A stretch of DNA of 64,000 nucleotides from Patescibacteria group bacterium (GCA_023484515.1 JAMDAY010000028.1:2544-66543), one strand, 5' to 3'. Counted from the stretch's first letter, positions 28,901 to 36,741 are shown. The notes: a model not told the origin generated them from the sequence alone. Made by a program: numbers and translations.

Positions 28901-30632
28901 ATTTTATAACGGTAATCTGGGAGTGCAAGTTGCCGCGCCAGATGCTGAATTGCAGGTAAATTCAATGCCTGTAAACAAGGGTTCTTATTCATTGTCAAAC
29001 TGGAACAGTACCGGCTCCAGAGCCGCTGCGTTTTTTGCCACGCCGAATAACAACGGGGGCAACAGCTTGGCCAGCGCGGAACCGGCTTTGATCTTGGGCA
29101 GGGAGGGTGTAACAGGCCAATCTTATGCCAATTTTGCGGAATTTAAACTGGCACATTACGAAGTTTCGGGCACAGACGCCCGTACCAGGATGGATATTGC
29201 TTTGACACACGGAGCGGGCGATGCAGCCGGAACTAACGTTATGAGCTTGCTAAGCAACGGCAACGTCGGGATTGGCACTACCTCTCCTTCCCAAAAGCTG
29301 GATGTCTGGGGCAATTTGAACGTCGCTACGTCAACTACGCCTGCATTGTTTGTGAACACAGCCACGGGAATGGTGGGAATTGGAACCGCGACGCCTGGGC
29401 ATCTTATTACACTTTCCGGCGGCGCTTATAGCGACGGCGCGACTTGGGAAAACGCTTCGGACGTAAACTTAAAGGAAAACTTTATTGACCTTGACCCGGC
29501 GGAAATTTTAACCAAGATAAATTCCTTAAAAGTCAGCCAGTGGAATTATAAGACGGACAAGAGCATCTCCTATATTGGCCCGACCGCCCAGGACTTTTAT
29601 TCCACATTTAACGCCTTGCGCCCCAGCAGCTCGCCGACCTCCATTTCCACGGTGGACCCGGCAGGCGTTGCATTGTTGGGAATACAGGCTTTGGACAATA
29701 AATTCAACAATTTACAATTGACGATCAGTAATTTACAGGGAAGCCTGATGAATCAGGCAACTACGACTAATCTTGCTGTTTATAACCCTTCCAACTTCTC
29801 GGGCGACAGCGTGGGCCAGGCCAAAATTTTGTCCGGCGCGACCAGCACTTTGGTTTCCTTCCAAAACGCCTACCAATACCAGCCCATAGTTACCCTAACT
29901 CCGGCCGGCCCTTACACCGCCCGCTACTGGGTGGAAAACGCCAACGCAAACGGCTTTACCGTAGTTTTGGAACACGCGGAAGAATACGACGTTACCTTTA
30001 ACTGGCATTCGTTTGCCAGCCCCGAAGCGAAATTAACGGTCAGCGACGGCACCACGCTGGACATTGTTTTGGTTTTGCCGCCGGCCGACCCGCCGCCTCC
30101 GGCCGCGCCTTTGGTGGTGCAGCCTGCGGCGGGGGACGCTACAGGCGGCTCTGCCGGTAGCAATCTTACAGACACTAATCCTCCTGCCGGAGGCGCAGAT
30201 GGTTCTTCCGGCGACAACCTTTCTCCGGACGACTCTTCTAACAACAGCCTTTCCGGCGACAACCTTCCCGCAGGGGATCTCTCAGGAAATACTTCCGGCA
30301 ATAATCCTCCCGCAGACAGCCTTTCCGGCGGTAATCTTACAGACATTAATCCTCCGGCAGGGGATGGAACAGGGGAAGGCGATCCGTCCGCTGATGGGTC
30401 TGCTTCTTCCGGCCAGCAAGGCCAGGTTTCCGGCGCAACCACAATTTCGGGCGATTCCACTTCGGCAAGCACTGAAACTGCATCCGGCGGCGACAGTTCT
30501 GCCGCCGGCAGCGATTCGTTGTCCGGCAGCGGTTCGGGCCCTACAGATACCTCTGCCGGTGTAGATGCCTCCACCGGCGCCACAGACGCATCCGCCGGCA
30601 CTACGGACGCCTCTTCCGGAAGTACACCGTAA
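22905..30632 (+). CDS. Giant membrane-anchored fiber/adhesin-like protein (2575 aa)
   Basis: TM segment near the N-terminus, short collagen GxK run, ~12-14 GNVGIGTT-like hinges, S74-like chaperone motif SDVNLKENF...WNYK...IGPTAQDF, acidic S/G/D-rich tail. Confidence 0.88.
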   Translation: MKSFLQKIGNALGLRQQPVVINAKFITPQSLKENSKPAAPAFAAAPRVPESRIPDKNKTAPLARQTAKSAPMAKWIGKIPRPKFVLAVPKPHRALAVVLAKTSVVPFKLPQLPAPLKNKMLAKLPNRVLAGLAVLLFALSMSLWGAAKEIQIKHAVPAGVNSGILKSLSFSIPNNFSNNGHSGSSVSAAGQRIYQRPFGKYENLPAKEKAVFYPSNDNLHLLSLFTGGIGNWFGYFGGLRAEYAPYKYAAQNNSKGEAVSRHADLVKGRDSEFVGQAGGAPKLPVGTINFSARLQAVKISARTLALVWTDFLFRHPAINFASLQSAAQNWKTDISRSLKTGVAAFAGVGKSDAQIWGQALTWQISVRKNLPEAADSQRVASQDTIARYFVTLQNFNLKAKQSFAEIKTAAVSYFKVKDINFRNDAASGRVQKGEVLGAVDYPAGQESKFIKIFTNGVGEWFKILPDVKYSEANQQQKAGKGMVLGLSSAKENNSSTVGSISLNRLAQKSLQGLNNAAAWETRQLVKLANFGKVAAKGVGKVWGQVAGAGKGAWNRAVATAGHILQTGSEENVLPLITHDKFGQMVGNNGPAGNGEAANLNSQTPQTGPEAGHSAAAISQPAGAPNAGSGRPASAAVLTAVDPMFVNRLIDARLNQYLAEGKFKGEKGEKGDKGDKGDTGLITNPATNQSSAVVGGYPIVTYVPPVPAQGFAGTSLAGFGNLSAAILSVSDQTSLNNLTVTGNVSLATTTVTSLTIARINPQFTAGSVVFQGSSGLAQDNSNFFYDETNHRLGIGTSTPLTVLEIDATDALRIPVGNTAQRPAVALTGQIRYNLTTHQFEGYGNNSVWQGLGGVIDADQDTYITADTSNADEDTLRLFTLGNERLTVTSAGNVGIGTTTPGYALTVVGDGYFTGNVNIGQNLTVNDGAVIIGSATTTSLTVNAAIASNLIPDGNNTRSLGSASYFWSDLYVGELHANLISDASSTLSGTLSDSFTINSDNASADAENADLIFFRGASGADPNALISWNSTAKRFDLNQPTFIQNASPSTTTIPTLLLQGSVSQTADIFLAASSSGTSLFNITSSGNVGIGTTAPSQLLTVGNNNQFTVSSSGAVVAAGQIQANSLYTLGNVYGYGFQSVNGPSQSYIDMTSYSKAIAFSASSTEVMRLTGNGNIGIGTTSPANKLTVVDADTTSPAGIGSIKLTQNISNPYELFMGVNSTYDNNEGNGAAYIQAQHSGVNVSGLLLNPNGGRVGIGVLHPQSALDVNGGMSIGSYAGTNTAPSNGLIVSGNVGIGTTSPAAKLDVVTSSNNEMRFLDQMTYGTASSSNATGLFLTTPTYNNGGGPSIAFGRGTGINATEMWETGIDYRGGGNLWSGGGAGAYILAYQWEPNGQSADRIAVKPYGQTSIGLPDAGLSQFTAQLEIRNQIASLPVEILYPNLTQSGDVWQVRTTNNGSSAISIPSGAVDASNANAIVPILRLMHPSAASGVGNGAAIDFVASSDGTTIGSEIAGTRAASGGWGNLQFLTRNGSGLLERMRIDNNGNVGIGTTGPTSALEVTSGSGNASVKLSSNAYGGVISTASGSNSGYLYLTPVGRVVSLYDNTNAYKLNIYNGSNAEFSFDSNGNSWLNATTGNVGIGTTSPGAKLHVYGTDYTGAIFQNTNPANFGYNQFTNAGAATSYQYWFGNTYSSATNRYVPSSFLLDAAGTGGLGLAASNASGAIRFYTGGDNERVRIDNNGNVGIGTTSPSTKLEVWDGNDGSGGVITAKDGGAILMAADSSYPLQVGNNTGGANNIRFRIGSDGTIDWNNNNSAIPTITLPTNKYLAVSGGNGMTIAGNVGIGTINPAELLDVAGNIRLTNFRTHNVTRTLSSAINGVVDIGTFNFTLGAGELDVTIVTQGTGYSIAKTYRIPVRYDATSNAWKIVLPNYDSGVYSGNNFQLEVKVGTTNASLRIRSLTANSATAYITIQQNGLNSDSFTESTATSTEAAITQTYTYTPVAFYNGNLGVQVAAPDAELQVNSMPVNKGSYSLSNWNSTGSRAAAFFATPNNNGGNSLASAEPALILGREGVTGQSYANFAEFKLAHYEVSGTDARTRMDIALTHGAGDAAGTNVMSLLSNGNVGIGTTSPSQKLDVWGNLNVATSTTPALFVNTATGMVGIGTATPGHLITLSGGAYSDGATWENASDVNLKENFIDLDPAEILTKINSLKVSQWNYKTDKSISYIGPTAQDFYSTFNALRPSSSPTSISTVDPAGVALLGIQALDNKFNNLQLTISNLQGSLMNQATTTNLAVYNPSNFSGDSVGQAKILSGATSTLVSFQNAYQYQPIVTLTPAGPYTARYWVENANANGFTVVLEHAEEYDVTFNWHSFASPEAKLTVSDGTTLDIVLVLPPADPPPPAAPLVVQPAAGDATGGSAGSNLTDTNPPAGGADGSSGDNLSPDDSSNNSLSGDNLPAGDLSGNTSGNNPPADSLSGGNLTDINPPAGDGTGEGDPSADGSASSGQQGQVSGATTISGDSTSASTETASGGDSSAAGSDSLSGSGSGPTDTSAGVDASTGATDASAGTTDASSGSTP

Positions 30633-30635
30633 GAA

Positions 30636-30707
30636 ATAGGACATATAAGACAAATAAGACAAATAGGACATATAAGACCTATAGGACTAATAGGACTAAT
30701 AAAACCA
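30636..30707 (+). repeat. 9-bp tandem repeat (ATARGACHW), left flank
   Basis: ATAGGACAT ATAAGACAA ATAAGACAA ATAGGACAT ATAAGACCT ATAGGACTA ATAGGACTA. Confidence 0.92.
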
Positions 30708-30715
30708 ATAAATTT

Positions 30716-31342
30716 ATGACAGAATTAATCGCCAAGCACGGCGGCTACAAAAACTTAAAATCTTTCCAGGCGGCGGAAATTGTTTACGACTACACCTTTG
30801 AATTCATTAACCGCTATGTCCAATTTTACAAAGACAAGGAGCAAATGGAAGGCGCGGCGCGCGGCGGCAAGCAGAACATCGGCGAAGGCAGCCAGACCGG
30901 CGGCACCTCCAGGCAAAGCGAAATTAGGCTGACAGATGTCGCCCGCGCCTCGCTGGAAGAACTGAAGCTGGATTACGAAGATTTTTTGCGCAAACAAAGC
31001 CTGCCGCAATGGGGCAAAAACGACCCGCGCGCGCTAGCCGTGCGCAAGCTGGCATACGAAAAGAATAGGACATATGGGACTTATAGGACATATATGTCAG
31101 AGCCAGAAACAGCGGCCAACTGCGCCTTGTGCTTAATTAACCAGGCAACTTATTTACTGGACAAACAACTGGCGGCGTTAGACAAGCAGTTAGGGCGGGA
31201 GGAGGACTTTAAAGAGCGTTACAGGCAAGTCCGCAAGGAACAAATATTCGGAGCAAAAGACGACTATGATGAATTTTTAAAGCAGTTTGGCAAGAAACGG
31301 CTGGAAAACGGGAGGGTGGTGCCGCTGGATGCGCCGGATTGA
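30716..31342 (+). CDS. Four helix bundle protein with suffix domain
   Basis: HGGYKNLKSFQ, QMEGAARGGKQNIGEGS, VARASLEELKLDYEDFLR, ANCALCLINQATYLLDKQL. Confidence 0.9.
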   Translation: MTELIAKHGGYKNLKSFQAAEIVYDYTFEFINRYVQFYKDKEQMEGAARGGKQNIGEGSQTGGTSRQSEIRLTDVARASLEELKLDYEDFLRKQSLPQWGKNDPRALAVRKLAYEKNRTYGTYRTYMSEPETAANCALCLINQATYLLDKQLAALDKQLGREEDFKERYRQVRKEQIFGAKDDYDEFLKQFGKKRLENGRVVPLDAPD

Positions 31343-31349
31343 ACAAGGT

Positions 31350-31545
31350 GAATAGGACAAATAGGACGCATAGGACAGATAGGGCAGAGGGGCAAGGCCT
31401 ATGCGACCAGTAAGACGAATAGGACGTATAAGAACAATAAGACAAATAGGACATATAGGACATATAAGACAAATAGGACAAATAGGACAAATAGGACATA
31501 TAAGTCCTATAAGACCTATAAGTCCTATAAAGACCTATAACCTAT
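31350..31545 (+). repeat. 9-bp tandem repeat, right flank (same orientation as left)
   Basis: About 15 or more ATAGGACAA/ATAAGACAT-type units, interrupted once. Confidence 0.92.
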
Positions 31546-31603
31546 AAAACCAAAACAGCCAAGCCTAAAACCACTCCCCTGCCTTAAATAAGAGCTAAAA
31601 AGT

Positions 31604-31850
31604 ATCGGATAAACAATATTTAATCGTTTAAACTAACATAGTTAGATTGACCAATATATATTTGGATAAACAATATAAGATTGGATAAACTATACAAGAT
31701 AGTTTAAATGATATATAATTGTTTTATCAATATAAGATCGTCAAAACAAACTAATATAGTTTAAAAAACCTTATATTGGTTAAACAGCTAAATATCGTTT
31801 AAAAAATAATAAATCGTTTAAACAATCAAAGTAGCTCTAGACGATACTAA
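31604..31850. repeat. Phased array of 13 x 19-bp degenerate units with palindromic core ATYGTTTAAACRAT
   Basis: Units start at 31604, 31623, 31642 ... 31832 with no indels, e.g. ATCGTTTAAACTAAC, ATTGGATAAACTAT, ATTGGTTAAACAGC, ATCGTTTAAACAAT. Confidence 0.85.
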
Positions 31851-31915
31851 TTGCAAATAATCCCCAATAATTTTCCACAAATAAACAAACAGCAGTCACA
31901 AAATAAAGAAACAAA

Positions 31916-32146
31916 ATGGCCTCCCCTAACTTACAATTAATTTCCGGCGCGCTTATCTCCATGCATCAGGCAGCAAAAATGACCCCGTATTCGGCGGAGT
32001 ATTTAAGCTTGCTCGCGCGCAAGGGGAGGCTAAAGGCGGTAAAAATCGGCAGGGACTGGCTGACCAATGAAGAGGCAATTAAGGAATACGTGCAAAAGCA
32101 GGTCAAAAAGCACGAAAAAATGCTGGCGGCATTGGGAAAACTATAA
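31916..32146 (+). CDS. Small HTH DNA-binding protein, copy 2
   Basis: 47/58 identical to the 22666-22908 product over the core (hand count). Confidence 0.88.
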   Translation: MASPNLQLISGALISMHQAAKMTPYSAEYLSLLARKGRLKAVKIGRDWLTNEEAIKEYVQKQVKKHEKMLAALGKL

Positions 32147-32217
32147 AAAACGGATTTACACGGATACCGTCAAACGGATGCTCACGGATCACGGATAAAA
32201 TACATATGTAAAAATAT

Positions 32218-32654
32218 ATGGACAGTAAAGAAAAAGGGAAATTATTAGAAGAAGGATTGTGTTCAAATATTATTCGGGCGTTTTATGATGTTGCAAATAA
32301 ATATGGCAGCGGTTTAAAGGAAATTGTTTACCAAAAAGCCTTGGTTGAAATTTTGGAAAAAATGGGGCTAAAAACTGAACAGCAAAAAAGATAAGCATTT
32401 ATTCCCTTGATTCAGGGAAAACACTGGGAACATATGTGCCGGATTTAATAGTAGAAGGCAAGGTTGTTGTAGAAATTAAGGCTACCGATTATACAATTGG
32501 CCGCAATATTAATCAACAAAGGTCTTATTTAAAAGCCAGTAAGTATGAAATTGGATACCTGGTAAACTTTGGAACCCCTAGATTATTTTTTAAGAGATCA
32601 ATTTATACCAACGACCGCAAACCGTTTATTATATTATTAACCAATCATCCGTGA
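32218..32654 (+). pseudogene. GxxExxY protein (PD-(D/E)xK-like), frameshifted at ~32390
   Basis: MDSKEK...GLKEIVY...EQQKR* continues in the -1 frame as ISIY...YVPDLIVEGKVVVEIKA...YLKAS...LVNFG. Flanked by inverted CACGGAT (32150-32197) and ATCCGTG (32647-32695) repeats. Confidence 0.85.
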
Positions 32655-32698
32655 TCCGTGGAAATCCGTAAGCAGTATCCGTGTTTATCCGTTTAAAT

Positions 32699-33935
32699 AT
32701 GTCATTTATCGCCAGAAACAAATTCCTAAACAAATATTTGCCCTTAATTCTTTCCGCCATATTGCTTGTTACCGCGTATGGGGCTTATTTTGTCGCACAA
32801 AAATCCAAAACCGCAGAGTCTGCCTGGTTTACTTCTTCTTCCACTGCCGGTACCTGGAACTACCGGCAAAGAATTGTCATTGACCACACCAAGGTCGGGT
32901 AATCGTTAAAACAAAATTTAACCGATTTTCCGGTTTTGGTTTCCACGACCAATGTGCTGTTTAAGTCCGTAAACAACGGGGGACATGTGGGGTTAGACAG
33001 CGGCTACGACATTGTCTTTACCTCCGCGGACGGCGCCACCAAACTAGCGCACGAAATAGAAAAATACGACCCCGCAACCGGCCAGCTAATTGCCTGGGTT
33101 AAAACCAATTTATCTTCGTCTTCCGACACCGTCTTGTATCTTTACTACGGCAACTCTTCCGCCCCCGACATGCAAACCGTAGATCCGGTTAAGACTGCGG
33201 TCTGGGACAGCAACTATAAAGGCGTCTGGCATCTTGGAGAAACCGGCAGGGGCATCAGGCGATTATAAAGACAGCACAACAAATAATAGTAATAGCATCA
33301 GTACTGCTAGCCAGCCTTCCGCGGCTGCCGGCAAAATAGGTAACGCGCAAAATTTTAACAATTCCTACATCCAATTTGACGGTTCAGGCTCCTTAAATAT
33401 TTATTCCAGCCCCATAACCATTGAGGCCTGGATTAAGCCGACAACGCTTGACGCCACGCTTAGGGCGGTAGTTGATAAAGGGAGTGCTACTTATTTAATG
33501 GGGGTCTCCAGTTATCCAAGCACGGGCCATGCCAATACTTTCAGTATTAGCGGAAGCGGGGGGAGTGGTAATTATGTCGCACCTCAAAATTCTATAAGTA
33601 CGGGGGTATGGTATCATTTAGTTGTACAAGGTATAAATAATCCAAAATGGTATGCCAACGGAGCGTATTTAGGGTACTACGATACCCTTATGACCTTGAT
33701 TTCTAATACCGATGTTCTTTCCATTGGCGATAACTCCTTGCATACCCGCAAGTTTAGCGGATTAATTGAGGAAGTCCGCATTTCCAACATAGCCCGCACC
33801 CCCGAATGGATTAAAACCGAATACAACAACCAGTCCGCGCCCTCTGCTTTTTACGCGATTTCCGCGTCCAACGCTTCCTCCCGCCCCGCTGACAAGCCCC
33901 TCATCAAAACCCGCTCCGGCGTGAAGTTCCGCTAA
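32699..33935 (+). pseudogene. DUF2341 + LamG-like secreted protein, interrupted
   Basis: TM leader, WNYRQRIVIDH, in-frame TAA at 32900, LTDFPVLV..DIVFT..LYLYYGN..GVWHL, frameshift near 33240, ITIEAWIKP..WYHL..GLIEEVRISN. Confidence 0.85.
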
Positions 33936-33947
33936 TGAAAACAAAAA

Positions 33948-33986
33948 ACAATGGGCACCATTGTGCTGCACAATGGTGCCCATTGT
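33948..33986. repeat. 39-bp palindrome (REP doublet) upstream of transposase 1
   Basis: ACAATGGGCACCATTGTGC-T-GCACAATGGTGCCCATTGT. Confidence 0.92.
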
Positions 33987-33998
33987 AACCAGCTTAAT

Positions 33999-34652
33999 AT
34001 GAATAACCGGGATTATAAATTTTTTGCGCCCAATACAATCCATCATGTATACAACCGCGGAAATGGTAAAATGGATATTTTTAGGGACGGACAGGATTTT
34101 GCAAATCTGATTAAAAGAATAGCTTTAACTTTAGGCAAGGCGAAAGAGACCGCAACGGTGCCCATTGGCTGCCAATGGGCACCGTTGCGTATTGCGCCTT
34201 TTCCAAAGAACGCTTTTACCATACTGTGTTATTGCCTTATGCCTAACCATTTTCACTTCCTTATCAGGCAGAATACTGAAATTGCGATAAGTGATTTTAT
34301 TTCAAAACTTTGCAGTAGCTATGGTAAATTTTTTAATAAAAAATACGAACACGCTGGCGGCTTGTTCCAAGATCAGTTTAAAGCTGTGCGCGTTGAAAAT
34401 GATTCCCAGTTACTGTGGGCATCCGCCTACATCCACAACAACCCCAAAACCGCCGGACTTGTCCAAAAGTTGGAAGATTATGCCTGGAGCAGTTATTTGG
34501 ATTATATCGGCAAGCGGCAGGGAACTTTGTGCGACAAGGAATTTATTTTAAAGATGATCGGCGGCGCGGAAAAGTATAAAAGATTTACGGAAGGCGGCTT
34601 TGAAAAAATCAAGGGGAGAAAAGAATTGGAACATTTGCTGCTGGATAATTAA
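33999..34652 (+). CDS. REP-associated tyrosine (Y1/HUH) transposase, copy 1
   Basis: HVYNRG, YCLMPNHFH, LFQDQFKA, YIHNNP, WSSY. Start chosen by alignment with copy 2. Confidence 0.92.
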   Translation: MNNRDYKFFAPNTIHHVYNRGNGKMDIFRDGQDFANLIKRIALTLGKAKETATVPIGCQWAPLRIAPFPKNAFTILCYCLMPNHFHFLIRQNTEIAISDFISKLCSSYGKFFNKKYEHAGGLFQDQFKAVRVENDSQLLWASAYIHNNPKTAGLVQKLEDYAWSSYLDYIGKRQGTLCDKEFILKMIGGAEKYKRFTEGGFEKIKGRKELEHLLLDN

Positions 34653-34654
34653 AA

Positions 34655-34678
34655 TCCCCAGAGGCCGGCCTCTGGGGA
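34655..34678. repeat. Perfect 24-bp palindrome after the transposase 1 stop
   Basis: TCCCCAGAGGCC|GGCCTCTGGGGA. Confidence 0.9.
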
Positions 34679-34687
34679 AGATGGACG

Positions 34688-35431
34688 TTATTCTTTTAGT
34701 TTGAATACTTTAACCGTTATCAGCAGCAGCGCTGCCAGCCAAATGCCTAAGATCGCCAGGTCAAAGGCGATTTTTTTTAAGTCAAACGCGGACAAGTAGG
34801 CGGTGCGCAGGCCCTCGGCCAAATAAGTAATGGGCAAAATTTTGGCAATTTTTTGCAAGGCCTCCGGCAGCACGCTTAGCGGATAAAACACGCTGCTTAA
34901 AAAAGTCAGGGGCAGGCCCACGGCCGAGGTGATGGGCGCGGCCGAATCGTAGCTGTTGGCATAATTGGCTATGAGCAGGCCAACTAGCAGGAAAATTGCC
35001 CCACCGGCCACAATTAGCAGGAACGAGGAAATAATATTGCCGGCAAATTGGGCGCGGAACGCCAAAACTCCCAGCAAGGTTAGAATGACCGCCTGCATTA
35101 CCACTATTACCAGGCGCGCGCAAACCAGGCTGACTACCAGTTGCCATTGCTTGAGCGGCGTGGCCAGCAAACGCTTGGTAACGCCGCGCGCCTTTAAGTC
35201 CACCATCCAATAGGCCAGGCTGTATATACCTCCCTGCATAATGGTCATGGCAATAATTCCGGGCAGGACAAAACTGGAGTAAACGGTCTGGGAATTTATA
35301 ATCTTGCCGATGGGAATAATCGACAGCGCGGTATAAATAAAAGCCGGCATCAGCACCGTCCAGTAAAAACCCTCCTTTTCGCGGTAGAACATTTTAAAAT
35401 TGGCGAGGAATAGTTGGTAGAAGCTGGACAT
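34688..35431 (-). CDS. ABC-2 type transporter permease
   Basis: Six TM segments, LPGIIAM, FLSSVFYP..LP, LPITY. Confidence 0.92.
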   Translation of the reverse strand: MSSFYQLFLANFKMFYREKEGFYWTVLMPAFIYTALSIIPIGKIINSQTVYSSFVLPGIIAMTIMQGGIYSLAYWMVDLKARGVTKRLLATPLKQWQLVVSLVCARLVIVVMQAVILTLLGVLAFRAQFAGNIISSFLLIVAGGAIFLLVGLLIANYANSYDSAAPITSAVGLPLTFLSSVFYPLSVLPEALQKIAKILPITYLAEGLRTAYLSAFDLKKIAFDLAILGIWLAALLLITVKVFKLKE

Positions 35432-35469
35432 ACGATTTTAGGGTTTTTCTAAAATTAAAAACCTGTAAA

Positions 35470-35610
35470 TTATTCTAATTTTTAATTGACCTAATTATTT
35501 TAAACAATATCCAATTCCTAATTCCCAATATCCAACTACTGCAGTTCATTGGGAATTGGATATTGGGTATTGGAAATTATTTAGGGTACTTAGGAATTAG
35601 GTTAATTTTG
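35470..35610. repeat. Head-to-head inverted 7-bp repeat tracts with no gene between
   Basis: CAATATC CAATTCC TAATTCC CAATATC ... ATTGGGA ATTGGAT ATTGGGT ATTGGAA. Confidence 0.8.
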
Positions 35611-36573
35611 TCACTCTTCCCCATACTCTTTCCCCGTCAGTTCCAAATACACGTCTTCCAAGGTGGCGGTTTTCACCATGAAGCCGTAAAAGGCGATACC
35701 TTCCTTTTTTAGCAAATTTACAATGGCGGAAATTTTGTCCAAACTGGAAATCTCCAAAATGACCTTAGGATAACTGGCGTGGATTTTTTTAACTTCCGGC
35801 AGGGCAGTGAATAATTCGGGAGTAATTCGCCCCTCCGTGAAAAAGGAAACCTGGGTCGTTTCGGAAAGCCGGTCAATAAGTTTTTTGGGCTGGTCAATTT
35901 CCAAAATTTTTCCCTGGTCCATAATGGCCACATGGTGGCAAAGGAATTCCGCCTCTTCCATGTAATGGGTAGTCAGGACAATGGTAATGCCTTCGGCATT
36001 GATTTTTTTAATAAGCCCCCAAAGGCTCCGGCGTGCGGCCGGGTCCAAACCAGTGGTTGGTTCGTCTAAAAACAAAATTTCCGGCCGGTTAACCAGGGAA
36101 ACGGCAATGGCAAAGCGCTGTTTTTGTCCGCCGGAAAGGCTGGCGAATTCTTCACTGGCCTTGTCTTCCAGGTTCACCACCTGTAACGGGCTTGTGCTAT
36201 TTGTCCCTGCGCCTTTGGGCTGCTTATAAAAAGAGGAAAACAAATCCAACAACTCTTTTAGCGACAAGTGGTGCAAATACTGGCTGGATTGCAATTGCAC
36301 GCCTATGCGCTTTTTAACTTCTTCTGCGTCTGCAATGTTATCCAGTCCCAATATAGCTACTTTCCCGCTGGTTTGCCGCTTTAAGCCTTCAATAATTTCC
36401 AGGGTGGTGGTCTTTCCTGCGCCATTGGGACCGAGCAATCCGAAAATTTCCCCTTTTTCCACGGAAAAAGAAATGCCGTTAACCGCGGTTAAAAATTTGT
36501 TCCCTTGCCGGCCCAGCTTTTTGGCAAGGGGATAAGTTTTTGTTAAATTTTGGATCTCAATTACTTTTTCCAT
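35611..36573 (-). CDS. ABC transporter ATP-binding protein
   Basis: GPNGAGKT, LSGGQ, FLDEPT, THYM. Confidence 0.95.
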   Translation of the reverse strand: MEKVIEIQNLTKTYPLAKKLGRQGNKFLTAVNGISFSVEKGEIFGLLGPNGAGKTTTLEIIEGLKRQTSGKVAILGLDNIADAEEVKKRIGVQLQSSQYLHHLSLKELLDLFSSFYKQPKGAGTNSTSPLQVVNLEDKASEEFASLSGGQKQRFAIAVSLVNRPEILFLDEPTTGLDPAARRSLWGLIKKINAEGITIVLTTHYMEEAEFLCHHVAIMDQGKILEIDQPKKLIDRLSETTQVSFFTEGRITPELFTALPEVKKIHASYPKVILEISSLDKISAIVNLLKKEGIAFYGFMVKTATLEDVYLELTGKEYGEE

Positions 36574-36713
36574 ATTTTCCTGCTTTATTATATCACATTG
36601 TGTCAACTGTTTTTTTATGCTATCATATAAGTGTACATTTCCATTGCGGAGGGTAAAAATGGCATTCCTAAGATCCCGCCGGCTTTAGGCCGGGGAATTG
36701 GGGAAGCTGTCAC

Positions 36714-36741
36714 TTGACAAATTAGTCTTGACAGGTATAAT
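36714..36741 (+). promoter_or_regulatory. Sigma70 promoter for rpoB
   Basis: TTGACA-16 bp-TATAAT. Confidence 0.7.

Noticed and set aside
22905-30632. Prophage tail-fiber region
   Set aside because: No capsid, terminase, portal or other phage genes; the protein has a membrane anchor and follows a host-type promoter.
20575-31342. Diversity-generating retroelement suggested by Avd-like four-helix-bundle genes beside a fiber gene
   Set aside because: No reverse transcriptase and no template/variable repeat pair differing at adenines was seen.
31209-31499. ORF MSYLSYLSY... (and the similar ORF 30282-30671)
   Set aside because: Antisense read-through of the 9-bp tandem repeat.
31350-31850. CRISPR array
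   Set aside because: Repeats are contiguous 9-bp and 19-bp units with no unique 25-45 bp spacers, and there are no cas genes in the window.
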